Assembly (NCBI RefSeq): GCF_006345805.1
Contig: NC_042999.1
Location: 145,824,001-145,888,000 of the forward strand
Length of the DNA stretch: 64,000 nt
Direction: 5' to 3'
Source: Octopus sinensis
Taxonomy: Eukaryota
Part shown: positions 51,950 to 64,000 of the stretch, piece by piece
How the letters are laid out: each line of letters opens with the position of its first letter
Numbering within the stretch: position 1 is the first letter of the stretch
Notes under the pieces: model-generated
Databases searched by the model: none
What the model was told of the DNA's origin: nothing
What the model saw: only the letters and a program-made list of their open reading frames with translations
Translations under genes and position numbers: made by a program

Positions 51950-52051
51950 GTCTAACTACTATCGAAAAACTAATAAAGGATTGTTGCCAGTTAAATGGAT
52001 GCCACCAGAAGCGTATTTGGATGGAATTTTTACAAGTAAATCTGATGTCTG
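51950..52051 (+). CDS. ALK: ALK-like exon: activation loop, P+1 loop, subdomain VIII to start of IX (102 nt)
   Basis: Acceptor ttacAG at 51948-51949, donor GTacgt at 52052; (R)[33 protein letters not shown](W). Confidence 0.96.
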
Positions 52052-52275
52052 GTACGTTTCTTTTTTATACTCTCTCTTCGCAAACATTTTAAACTCAGCC
52101 ATAAACAGAGCAGAAAACTCAGCATCAAACTGAAAATTGCCTCAGACCCATCTGGAGTACGAAAATATGTATCGTATACACACATATATGTGTGTGTATG
52201 TGTGTGTGCGTGTGTGTGTGTGTGTGTGTGCATGTGTGTGAGTGTGTGAAACCAAGAAATAATTAAATTGCATGA

Positions 52276-52311
<36 letters not shown>

Positions 52312-52315
<4 letters not shown>

Positions 52316-52450
52316 TGATGGACTTCCACACAGTTTCCGCCAACGGAATTCGTTCACGAGGCAATGGTCGGCCTGGAGCTATAGTAGAAGTAACATACTC
52401 AAGGTGTCCCGTAATTCTAAAGTAAGCTTCTTAACCATAAAGTCATGCCT
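52312..52450 (-). mobile_element. SINE family A 5' part, degenerate
   Basis: cagtttccgccaac...ttcacgaggcaatggtcggcctggagctatagtagaag...caaggtgtc is the reverse complement of the family A core. Confidence 0.65.
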
Positions 52451-53530
52451 ACACCTATTTCTTTAAGAAATTCATTATCAGCTGTTGGAACTGATACTTT
52501 GATTTGGCGGCATTTCTTTCCTGGAAAGCCGTAGACAAAAGGTATTTGTTAGATGAGCTTTGATTTCTTTGTGCGCGTAGCATCTTCTATATTATTGCTA
52601 TTTTATCATTCTCTGAGACATTTTTCTTGTGTATGCATGTAACACCCCTATTAGTGTACCATCCCTGCACCATTTCTGTTTGTGGATCATAATTCTGTCA
52701 CAACTTCTACTGTATTCGAATCCCAGCTGTGCATTTCAAGTAATTTTATTCTTTCTTGTTTCCACATATTTGGTTATTCTTATATTCTGCTTCTTTATTT
52801 GTCACTGGCGCACTGGCATTCATCTTATGCTACAGTCAGTAATTCTTCGTACGTTTCCCAGCCAAAGTGTTTTTATTATAATCATTTTTTTAATTTATTG
52901 ACTACTTCAACCCTGTTTACTTTTTTTCGTTATTGGTCATGCTGGACCTTTTCTTGTCATCTTTTTATCCTAACCTTCCGTAGCACCATTGTTTTCTCGT
53001 TTCCCTACTTCTAACGTTGTTTCACATTTTTTTCTTTCATTCATGCCTTTTATTTCGTATTCATTGGCTTTCTTGAACGTCAAAATCTTTTTTTTTCTTC
53101 TTTCTGTTTTTTTGTTTCCAAACAATTTCTAGGAATTTTCTGTAATATTTTATAGATATTTTTGTATTTTTACAGTGAATATTTTTATGTTTATCCTCTA
53201 CAAATAAGGTCTGATATCTTCCTAATTCAGACTTTGAGTGGTGTATTCTAAATGCAGTTATCTTATTAGTGTCTTCTCTTTAAGTTTGTTAATTAATTTA
53301 GCATCCAATACAGACTATTTCAAATATAGCTTATTACAGAAACTTTTGTAATATTGATGCCTCTTACTCATTTTTTAAGAATAAATCTAATGTCTCTAAT
53401 ATTTCCTAATATTATTTCTTTCATTTTTGAGTTGTTGTCTGTGTAGTTTATTGATTCCTTAATATTTATGCCTGTATTTAGTCTGATTGTCATAATACAT
53501 GTGCGTGTGGCTGGGTGTGTACGTGTATTT

Positions 53531-54165
53531 ATTTCTTTATTGCCCACATAGAGGGGACAAACAAGGATGGACAAAGGGATTAAGTCGATTACATCGACCC
53601 CAGTGCGTAACTGGTACTTATTTAATCGACCTCGAAAAGATGAAAGGCAAAGTCGACCTCGGCGGAATTTGAACTCAGAACGTAACGGCAGATGAAATAT
53701 CTATTTCTTTACTTCCCACAGGGGGCTAAACACAGAGAGGACAAAGAAGGACAGTCAAAAGGATTAAGTTAATTACATCGACCCCAGTTCGTAACTGGTA
53801 CTTATTTAATCGACCCCGAAAGGATGAAAGGCAAAGTCCACGACGGCGAAATTTGAACTTAGAACGTAACGGCAGACGAAATGCCGCTAAGCATTTCGCC
53901 CGGCGCGCAAACGTTTCTGCCAGCTCGCCGCCTTCTCTATTTACTACCCACAGGGGGCTAAACACAGAGAGGACAAACAAGGACAGACAAAGGGATTAAG
54001 TTGATTACATCGACCCCAGTTCGTAACTGGTACTTATTTAATCGACCCCGAAGGTATAAAAGGCAAAGTCGACCTCGGCAGAATTTGAACTCAGAACGTA
54101 GCGGCAGACGAAATACCGCTAAGCATTTCGCCCGGCGTGCTAACGATTCTGCCAGCTCACCGCCT
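53531..54165 (-). mobile_element. Three tandem head-to-tail SINE family B copies
   Basis: Units 53531-53700 (lacks head), 53701-53933 and 53936-54165 each carry gattaag..gattacatcgaccccagt.cgtaactggtacttattta. Confidence 0.93.
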
Positions 54166-54321
54166 TGTGTGTACGTATATGTGAGTGAGTCTGTATATAT
54201 ATATATATATATATATATCTGTGTGTGTGTGTGTCTGTGCCTGTGCGTGTATACGTACGTTGCTAAATGTCGGAAAAATTAGAAAGATATTTCTGTAACA
54301 AGTAGAAAGGTGTGCGCAATA

Positions 54322-55137
54322 TACGAGATCTGATTAATAGGCATTTCTATAGCAACGAAGCTAAAGCCCACAGAGTAAAGCCGCGTGGCAAAGGAAGGGT
54401 GGTGTGTAGCATGTGATCGTCGCATAGCCCATGACAGAGGAAGTTGTCATGACGATACCTACCTGCTCAGAAGCCTACGCAAAGTTGCAGAAAGTGTATA
54501 GAGAGGAGTGTATGCGCTGCCCATAAGTGTACGAGTGGTTTAGACGTTTCCAAGATGGCCGAAAAAAATGTCGATATTGACAAACGTTCCGGTAGACCCG
54601 CAACCAGCAGAACTGGAAAAACATCGCAGACGTTCGTGCAGTTGTGAGGGGAAATCATCGAATCACCATCCGTGAGTTATTAGAGGATGTGCAAATTAGT
54701 TATGGTTCAGCGCAGTCCATTATCACTGAAGATTTGGGTATGAGAGGCCTGTCTGCCAAGTTTCTGCCAAAACTGCTTTCCGCCGACCAAAATGATACTC
54801 GGGTTTCAGTAGCACAAGGACTCTTTGATTGTGTCTAGAACGACGAAAACTCTTTGAAGAATTTGCGTAGGCCTCTAAGCAGGTATCGCCAAGATTTTGG
54901 CAAAATTTGATGCAGATTCTCTGCTCAAATTTCTCTGTCATTGTCAATGCGATGACCACACTCTACACACATTCCTTCCATGTACTGCTGTAAACAGCGG
55001 AAGTGAGCTAGAACATTAAAACTTAGTGCGCATGCACAGCACAGTTCAAGGTCAATCTATGTGAAGCGGCTTCACTTTGTGTGCTTTAGCTTCATTACTA
55101 TGGTATCAGTCCTGATACTTATTAACCAGACGACGTA
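54322..55137 (-). mobile_element. Internally deleted mariner derivative with an inverted internal segment
   Basis: TA-flanked TIR-like ends tacgagatctgattaatagg / cttattaaccagacgacgta; N-terminus MTEKFEQRICIKFC on minus, but HTH region VYEWFRRFQDGR...RSGRP...RITIRELL...SAKFLPKLL on plus. Confidence 0.85.
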
Positions 55138-56429
55138 TGTTGTAGTAGGTATTATTTTTGTTTATTTTTATTATAACTGAAGCCTGTCTTGCTACTTGAG
55201 TTTCATGACTACGCTTAATCTGAAGATCGTAATGGTGTGAAACACGAATCGCGAGACAAACTATCGGCTTTAGCTTTCATATATATATAAATATGTCTAT
55301 GCGAGATGGTTATACTATATCCATATAAACGTATAAAGTTTTGTATATGTGTATATATGCATATATGTGTATAACCTATTAACCTCTTATCCCTGATAAA
55401 TTGTTATTTTTCTTGTTCGTAAATAGATACTTTTTAGTTACTTATGTCTATGCGAGATGGTTATACTATATCCATATAAACGTATAAATAGTTGTGTATG
55501 TATGCATGTGTGCACATATAAAATATGTGTACATGTGTGTGTTTATCGGTACACATCTTTATTTTTTCTGATTCTTGGCTTATAATTAATATATAGATAG
55601 CATATTTATCTTTCCAGTATTCCATAAGTAAATGCCCTGAGCAGTCTTTATAGAAACCACCTAATAAGTAATTAATTAAGTACATGAATGAATATTAAGC
55701 TGATTCGATGTAATCTTTCCTTTTTAATGTTGATAATTGATATATACACACATTTTACCTATTTTGGTTATGATATCCTTTTCAATAATCTTAAATTTTA
55801 TTTTCTATACAACATAACAATATTTATCCCGAGATTAAATTTCCTGTGTATTAGCATCCTAGCTTTTATTAGCGTCTTGCCCCTTTAAGTGGTAATTAAC
55901 ATCATGATTTTGAGTCTTTCCCTACCTAGCCTCGTTTTATAGACAGTTACTTTATATCCAATTGACTACTCGTAAGGTATTCTCTCCTCCCTGAAGAAAA
56001 GGGATGCATATAACAATATTTATGACCATACCTAGCCATGAGCTGTCAACTTGCGCTTGCCTGTCATTCTAAACAGACACAATCCTCTAGTCTTAAATTT
56101 AGTAGTTGATAAAAAGACAAATAAATTAGAAACGAACCACAATGCTTTACAAGCTATAACTCCAGTGGGTTTCATGCCATTCTTGGAAATGTAATCTATT
56201 CATAGCTACAATAGTAGCGACAACATGAATTTCTTCCATCATCTTGGTCTGTTAAAAGTATTTGAGGAAAATTATATTGATACGTCCAACTAGTTAAAAT
56301 TCTATTTATTCGTGCTGCTGATGATAGTCCTGAATTTAAATTGATGCAATGATTGCATTGTTCAGTTAAATGGAGCCGCTTGAAAGGGCGTACTGCATCG
56401 CTTCTTGATATCCTGATGCTTATTTTGAT

Positions 56430-56573
<144 letters not shown>

Positions 56574-57098
56574 GTGTGTGTGTGTGTGTGTGTGTAGTCT
56601 TTCTTTTCTGGAGTTTTAGTTGATGCACCGCCGTTAAAATGTATATATATATATTATATATATATATATATATATCGTTCTTCCAGAGTTAGTGTAAATG
56701 TTCAATGATAAACATTCGTATCAGACAGTAATTTGCTGTTCTTACTCTTCCCATCGTCCCTCGTTACATGCATTTGCGGTAACAACAATGATTAAAAAAA
56801 GAAGAAAAATATGAAAATGAGTGTAGCATTTGATTGACAACAGCAACGAAGCTTCAAAGAGATTATTGAAAACCACATTAGAAACGAAAAAATCTGGTGG
56901 TAACTGCAAAAGACAAGATCTAAGATGGCGATCAAACAATTTATAAATATATGCAGTAGAAGGTTCAAAAGCTTTTTTCTTGATAAGTTTTATTTAATAT
57001 GCTGAACATGCTCCACAGTGACATCTTCATTTATTTCTGAATATCAAATTTCTCTCTCCCCATCTCTCTCTCTCTCTCGCACACACACACACGCACAT

Positions 57099-57157
<59 letters not shown>

Positions 57158-57329
57158 ACACATTATCTTTCTCTCTGTCTCCATACATGTTTATCCCAAC
57201 AGGATCATACACATATCTATATGTATTTATTTATGAACAAGATAATTTAGCTTCACTTCACATGAAGTTTCACAAATGTAAATGAATACCAGTAAAATCA
57301 GATGTCCAAGATCATAGTCTAGTAAGGTA

Positions 57330-57740
57330 TACGTGTCTTATTCTCACCACACTACACCACATCACACAACCCCGCAGACACTAGCACTGACTACATTCCA
57401 GCACCCACACTAGCACTGACCACTTCACAGCACCCTCACCATCATCCTCACACCATCATGCATACACGCACAGGTCATGATCACCATCCCCCTACCACAC
57501 GCATATACAATCTCTCACGTACACACACGCACGCATCTTCATTTTACGATCACCACTTCTTTATTATCTCCTCTTCTTCCTAGCTCTCCTGTATGACCCC
57601 TCTGCTCAGCGTTCCCCATGATAGATCGCTAGCCACTAAACCTTTTTTTATTTTCTCTCCTTATTTATTTCTGTGTTCCTTTCTGTCGAAGAGCGTAGGC
57701 TGGAAACGTAAAATACTTTTTCACTTCCCGTTAAACTAAT
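57330..57740 (+). mobile_element. Penelope-associated repeat with C/A-rich arm and hammerhead-like motif at 57679-57714
   Basis: Inverted homologue of 2451-3115; cttt-CTGTCGA-A-gagc(gtag)gctg-GAAAC-GT-A-aaa. Confidence 0.65.
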
Positions 57741-57799
57741 ATATATATATATATAAACATACATGCATACGTATATATTTAGACATAAATTCTACGAAC

Positions 57800-58200
57800 G
57801 CTAATAACACAGTTTCGTCAAAGAGATATGTGGATCTCACGGAGGGAAATTTCAAAGCAAGATTCAACAATCACACCTTAAACTTAAGACACTGGAATAA
57901 ACGAAAAACTAGCAAATTATCCAATTATATATGGTTTTTAAAAGAACAAGGTGTCACCTATAGGATTTACTGAAAAATCTTTGCCAAGCGTAAACCTTAT
58001 ACCAACGGTAGAGGCATGTGCGGCCTTTGTACTATGGAAAGATGGCTCATCTGGAAAAGTTCCTTGGACACTGCTACATGACTAAATTCAAGAACTGAAC
58101 TTTTTGGATCATGTCCATATGTAACAAAATACCTGTTTCGGTTTTGCATTCCCCCCAAGATCACGGATAGGTTTACACATTTTTACTATGTTCCTGCACA
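57800..58200 (+). mobile_element. Penelope-like GIY-YIG endonuclease fragment
   Basis: YV(D)LTEGNFKARFNNH...KLSNYIWFLKEQ...IY*KI...PYTNGRGMCGLCTMERWLI, with the PLE CxLC motif. Confidence 0.85.
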
Positions 58201-59579
58201 AGCTTCCCATCGGTCTTAACTTCTTTTAATTTTTATATATATTTTTCATTTTCTCTTCTTTTTCTTCGTTTTTAATTGTGTGAGCGTGTACGTGCGTGAG
58301 TATATGTATATGTATGTATATATTTCTATACGCATGTGTGTATGCATATATGCATGTAGAGGATTGGAAGACTGTGTCCGGTGCATAAGTGTGACTTTCA
58401 TGTACACGTCCCCTTCATTTATACGGATATGCATGTTTGTAAATGTACGGGTGTAGGTGTGTGATAGGAGGATGTATGTGTACATATATATATGTGTGTA
58501 TATGTTTGTATGTATATACGTGTATACTGGAGTGTGAAGGTAACGTATATTTATATGTATGAATGTCTAAATACATATGTATGCATGCAAACAACTATGT
58601 CTACATGAGAATTGTTAGTCTTCCATAAAGAACATTGCCTAGACTTATACCTCGGAGGGGAACATTCTTTATATGATATACAAAGCAAAGTTATATGAAA
58701 TGAACGTTTACTGCGAGAAACTTCTTTCTCTCGTCTTTAGAATTAATGATCTTCTGCACAAATTGTAGTTCTTGTACCAGCCCTATTCAAGCAGACCTAT
58801 AATTAAAAGTGATCCAACTGTGAACACTCCCTCTTATCTAATTATCCTTCTATTTTAAGATGTATGATGTTATTTGAGGGAGATTTGGAGATTTGGATTT
58901 TATTTCTTAAATCTCGACTAACTGCGTAGATATATCTGTAAGGTCAGTGTTTTTGCTGTTGGTATATTATAAACCCTAAGCCAGACTCAGTCTGATCGAG
59001 GTCGCCTTTAATCAAAGTGTGCGAGCACTGGGCATCTCCGCTTTCTTCATCTGTAATGAATCTAACATTACATTATTCAATATATCCTCAGTTAAGATAG
59101 AAAAGTTTGACTGGAATACTATTTCTAGCAAGTTCAACGACGGAGAGAGCATTGACCTATCTATGTCTGTTATATACATGTGTGTATATATTTGAGTGGA
59201 CGTATGCATTTTTTTTGTTTTTGTCTATGCATGTACGCGCCTGAATCAATGTGTAGAGTTGCGTGTCTTTAAAACGTGCCTATGTGGCTCACTCGAAATA
59301 ATTGTTTGAATAGTTTCTATAAATGATTTCCACGAGACCCCACATTATTGTAGGAAAACCGAACAAATAACATTCCTAATAACGGATGACTATAAAATGG
59401 GGTTTTAATCAAGATGGATTTAAATTAACTTAATGGGACATTAGAGCTATTTGCGTCGTGTGCGTTTCTTTTAATAAAAACACATCCCTTAATCTATGCA
59501 GATAAATAAATGTATAAATGCGTCTGTGTCGTGTATGTGTGTTTTTGTGCGTGCGATTGTATATATATATGTGTGTGTG

Positions 59580-59624
<45 letters not shown>

Positions 59625-59697
59625 TATATTACAGACGCACACATATATATACACACGCACGCACAAAATGTTTTCGGTTGCTTTTGAGTACCCCCTC

Positions 59698-59751
<54 letters not shown>

Positions 59752-59757
<6 letters not shown>

Positions 59758-60415
59758 GGGGTACTCAAAAGCAACCGGAAACATTCTCTGTGAGTCAAGC
59801 CCATTGAAGTTCAGGCTTCACCACTAGAAGCCACTTGATGCGATCCTCAGGCATCAGTATGCCGACCGGCGTATTCTTGTGGAGTCGTACTGCTACGTAG
59901 TGCGTCTTTGTTTTGAAGTGCCTCACCCATGTTCGTCGAATTTTGCGATGGCTGAAACGAAGGAACAGCGTACTTCTGTCAAAGTCTGTTTTCTGCTGAG
60001 TAAAATGGCCACCAAAACAGTTGTCATGCTTCAAATAACTTACATGGAGGCTGTCATGAGCAAGACACAAGTTTACGAGTGGTTTTCATGCTTTAGGAAT
60101 GGTTACTTGTCGCTTGAGGACCAACCTCGTTCAGGGCGGCCATTGACCTTCTGAAGGTCATCACTGGTGAAGAAAGCTGGTGCTACGGAATTTGAAGATG
60201 GGGAAGAGGTTAAGAAAAATGTTATGGAGGCATTAAAAGGCATCACTTTACAAGAGTTTCAGGACTGCTTCGAATAGTAGAAAACGCGCATGTACTGATG
60301 CATTGCTTCAAATGGAGAACACTTTGAAGGCAATGAAAGTGTAAACATGTAAACATATAAAGCTAAGTGAATAAAATATTTCAAAATTCCAGTTTCTTTT
60401 GGATACTCCCTCGTA
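59752..60415 (+). mobile_element. Internally deleted non-autonomous mariner
   Basis: TA-flanked TIRs tgagggggtactcaaaagcaaccgg / tccagtttcttttggatactccctcg; N-terminal KEQRTSVKVCF...VYEWF...EDQPRSGRP joined to C-terminal FQDCFE...CIASNGEHFEG. Confidence 0.88.
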
Positions 60416-60439
60416 AATACTTCCACACACATATATATA

Positions 60440-60502
<63 letters not shown>

Positions 60503-60513
60503 TGTGTGTGTGT

Positions 60514-60550
<37 letters not shown>

Positions 60551-60564
60551 ATACATATATATAT

Positions 60565-60857
60565 ATCACCGCGATCACCGTGACCGACCAGGCTATCAGA
60601 TGTTGCTACACATAGCTGGTCACAATCTGCTTTGCATTGTTTAGCCTCCAAATGACGCCAAACTGTTCTCCGTATACAGCGAGCAGGCCAACAGAAGAAA
60701 GAGTGAGAGAAAGTTGTGGCGAAAGAGTACAGCAGGGATCGGCACCACCCCCTGTCGGAGCCTCGTGGAGCTTTAGGTGTTTTCGCTCAATAAACACTCA
60801 CAACGTCCGGCCTGGGAATCGAAACCGCGATCCTTTGACCGCGTGTCGGCTGCCTCC
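60565..60857 (-). mobile_element. SINE family C2
   Basis: Homologous along its length to 5637-5935. Confidence 0.85.
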
Positions 60858-61243
60858 ACACAAACACACACACACACACACACACACACATCTATTTATC
60901 TCTCTATCTATATATATACATACACACACAGAATGTGAGAGTGAGAAACAGGGAGGAAAAGATAAAGAGAGAGAGAGAGAGAGAGGCGTGCATGTGCGTA
61001 GATTTCTATCCAAAAACAATTATTCAATCGTAGGATGAAATTATATGTTGCAGTGATCGGCAAGAATACCAGAGAAACTCGCGATAGCCAATCGATAATG
61101 TATACGGAGAACAGCTAAAATTAAAATAATGATATACATATTCCTTTTTAATCCATTTTGGCTTTGATTCGAACGTAAATATGTTAAGCGCTGCTGTATT
61201 TCATCGTCGGAGAAAATATAAGTATGTATGTCATTCAGTTTTA

Positions 61244-61325
61244 TTTGAAGGTTTCTTACCAATAGAGAAAGAACCGATTCTAACCAATATCAAAGGCTCC
61301 CTCGTTGGAATTTCAACATCAACCG
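61244..61325 (-). mobile_element. Solo 3' terminus of the RLE LINE at 11692/12205, abutting (TATG)n
   Basis: tttgaaggtttcttaccaatagagaaagaaccgattctaacc...aaggctccctcgttggaatttcaacatcaac. Confidence 0.7.
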
Positions 61326-61352
61326 GGTACAATTGAATGTATGCAAGTATGA

Positions 61353-61385
<33 letters not shown>

Positions 61386-61493
61386 TGTATGTATGTATGT
61401 ATGTATATATATATGTATGTATGTGCATCCGTTCGTATGAATGGATGTATCTCTCTCTATATATACGTTTATGTATGTATGTATTTATGTATG

Positions 61494-62717
61494 TATTGGA
61501 TCATCTCATAAATAATGAAGTTTTTTTCAATTGCTTGAACTGAAAGTCAGAGGAAGACGGTATAAACTACTTGCATCAACTACCTATAAAAGCAGGTAGT
61601 AATTTTACCTTGTACTTATTCTTAGCGCATGTTTTGAAGATTGCAGTTCGATTTTAACACTTGTTTTTTCAAAGCTATAATTGAGGTGAAAAAGGAGCAT
61701 ATTCAGCATATTTTGATTTATGAGTTCAGTAAGGGCAACAACGCAACGAAAAGTGCGAGGAATATTAATGCAGTACATCGGGATCGGACAATAAATGTAA
61801 GCCAGTGTCAAAGGTGGCTCCAGAAATTTCGAGCTGAAAACTGCAGTCTAGACGACGAGCCTCGTCCTGGAAGATCTGCAGAGCTCGACGAGGGCGTCCA
61901 GCAAACCCTGGTGGAACAAAATCCCATCGTAACCATTGAGAAAGTAGCAGAGAAGCTTGGATTTGGTCATTCAACCAATCATCGACACCTGCGCTCCATC
62001 GAAAAAGCCAGCAAATTGGGTCAATGGGTTCCTCAAAACTTTCCGAGTCTAATCGCGTTCAGAGTGAATGTGTGCTCTTCTTTATTGTCACATCTCACGA
62101 ATTTGTGGGGCAGAATAGTGACTGGTGACGAGAAATGGGTTCTCTATAAAAATGTCAAGCCTAAGGCTAAAGAAATCTTCACCCACGTAAGATGTTATTA
62201 TCTGTTTGGTAGGATATGAAAGGTTTAGTCCACTTTGAACTTTTAAACCCAAACCAAACTATAACAACGGAGGTCTACTGCGAGCAACTTGAGTGGCGTG
62301 AATCAGCGCTAGAAGTAAAACAACCATTTTGGGTTTCAAGACGAAAGGTGTTCTTCCATCAGGATAATGCTCGGTCACATACAGCGAGGATGACATTTCA
62401 AAGGCAAGAGCAGTTTGAGTGGGAAACGATGCCCCACCTACCATATTTGCCGGACATTACGCCTTCTGACTATCATTTATTCCGCAGTCTTCAAAATCAT
62501 GTGAACGGAAAAAAATATGAATTCTGTTGACGAGATCAGAACAGTAATGGAAGAGCATTTTTAGTCACAGACGAGTGAATTTTGGAAGAGGGGCCTGGCA
62601 AGTCTACCAGATAGATGAAAGAACATTGTAGAAAATGAAGGAGAGTATATTTTTATCTTAATTTTGAAAAATAAACGACGAATAAAAAAGCCGCATTATT
62701 TATGGGATGACTCAATA
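61494..62717 (+). mobile_element. Near full-length decayed mariner (DD34D) transposon
   Basis: TA-flanked ~33-bp TIRs ttggatcatctcataaataatg / cattatttatgggatgactcaa; GQWVPQN, IVTGDEKWVLY, FHQDNARSH, PYLPDITPSDYHLF; frameshifts and stops present. Confidence 0.93.
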
Positions 62718-62771
62718 TGTATGAATGAATGCAACCATCTCTCTCTCTATATATAGGCTTATGTATGCATG

Positions 62772-63480
62772 CACGAGGGTGGGCTCAAAAGTTCATAGTC
62801 TGACCACAATGCAATGGTCGAACTTGAGCAAATGGGTTTTATTTTTCGACATAGTCTCCCCTGCGGTCCATACACTTCTTCCATCGGTGTTGCAGCAATT
62901 GGATTCCCGTAGTATTGAAGATCTCCTCCTGACATTCGAAAAAGTCTTCAGCAGTAGATATAATCCTATCATCAGTCCGATACTGCTTTCCAGCCAAGTG
63001 TTTTTTCATGTTGAGGAGCAGAAAATAATCAGATGATGACAAATCAGGAAAATATGGAGGGTGATCCACAAGTTCAAAACCACAGTGGCGCACAGCAGCC
63101 ATTGAAACCACAGACTTGTGTGCAGGAGCATTTTCCTAGTGAAACAGAACCCTCTTCGTCAGTTTTCCAGGCCGTTTTCACTTGATTACTTTTCGCAACT
63201 GCCACAACAAGTTGGCATAGTATTCTCCATTGATAGTATGGCCTTTCCGAAAGTAGTCAATGAGGACATTGCCTTTTGCATCCCAGAAGACGAAGGCCAT
63301 CACTTTCCCTGCCGATGACACCACATTGACCTTCTTTGGTGGGGGAAAAGACGGAATTTTCCACTGCATGGACTGCCGTGTGATCTCTGGCTCAAAGTGG
63401 TGAACCCAACATTCATCTTGGTTAAGGAAACGTTCGAGAAAACCGGCTGGATTTGCTTTAAAAAGTGATACGTTCGCCTG
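62772..63480 (-). mobile_element. 5'-truncated decayed mariner (different subfamily)
   Basis: FLERFLNQDECWVHHFEPE...SAGKVMAFVFWDAKG...TINGEYY and HPPYFPDLSSSDYFL...RWKKCMDRRGDYVEK; terminal TIR cgagggtgggctcaaaagttc. Confidence 0.92.
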
Positions 63481-63481
63481 C

Positions 63482-64000
63482 GGGTCTATTTCTAGCAGTA
63501 CTAGTGTTGTAACATTCAGCACCCTTATTATAATTTATATTTCTAGCAGTACTAGTGTTGAAACATTCAGCACCCTTATTATAATTATATATTATATTTA
63601 TAATATAAATTATAATAAGGGTGCTGAATGTTACAACACCAGTACTGCTAGAAGTAGACCCCAAATGGTCTAGGAACCACTTAGATTATTACTCCATTAC
63701 ACAAGGTCGCAAGCGAGGAAAACAGACGGCGAGGATTTATAAAATAATTTGGATAGTCCCAAATCTATATATTTCACGGTTTGAGTTATTAAAAACTGTT
63801 TCCGATCCTACTGACGATAGGAAAGGTTTTTTAATAGCTCAAACCGTGAAATCTATAGATTTGGGACTATCCAAATTATTTTATAAATCCTCGCTGTCTG
63901 TTTTCCTCGCTTGCGACCTTGTGTAGTGGAGTAATAATCTAAGTGGTTCCTAGACCATTTGGGGTCTACTTCTAGCAGTACTGGTGTTGTAACATTCAGC
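63482..64000. repeat. Near-perfect palindromic (fold-back) element centred at ~63811, preceded by two tandem inverted copies of its terminus
   Basis: 63623-63809 pairs with 63814-64000 (base 64000 pairs with 63623; runs off the window); 63482-63540 and 63541-63595 are reverse complements of the left terminus ataaattataataagggtgctgaatgttacaacacc. Confidence 0.95.

Noticed and set aside
55292-55488. 46-bp exact direct repeat (55292-55337 and 55443-55488) as a TSD or regulatory element
   Set aside because: The intervening ~105 bp is unremarkable AT-rich DNA; a local duplication is enough to explain it.

Overview
AT-rich, microsatellite-dense eukaryotic genomic DNA. Its SINE/LINE repertoire looks octopod (Octopus sp.; inferred from recalled repeat families, not a database hit). 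The window is the 3' part of one + strand receptor tyrosine kinase gene of the ALK/LTK family. I found seven GT-AG coding exons by hand (809-992, 3779-3869, 13817-13881, 21023-21155, 25300-25397, 42785-42877, 51950-52051). They join in frame (766 nt) from the end of the transmembrane segment through kinase subdomain VIII and into IX, with intact GxGxxG, VAIK, alphaC-Glu, HRD, DFG and YxxxYY motifs. The introns (2.8-17.4 kb) are filled with tRNA-derived SINEs, TAA-associated R4/Dong-like RLE LINEs, RTE, Penelope-like and degenerate CR1/Jockey-like fragments, four mariner relics, a Helitron-like end and several fold-back inverted duplications. Most ORFs in the supplied track are microsatellite artefacts. 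Best leads: a divergent ALK-like kinase (NPxY changed to NESY, altered activation segment), a family-wide non-canonical minimal hammerhead motif, a head-to-tail array of LINE 3' ends in an AAT tract, a possibly intact R4/Dong element, and recurrent long intronic hairpins. Repeat boundaries are approximate; exon boundaries were counted to the base.
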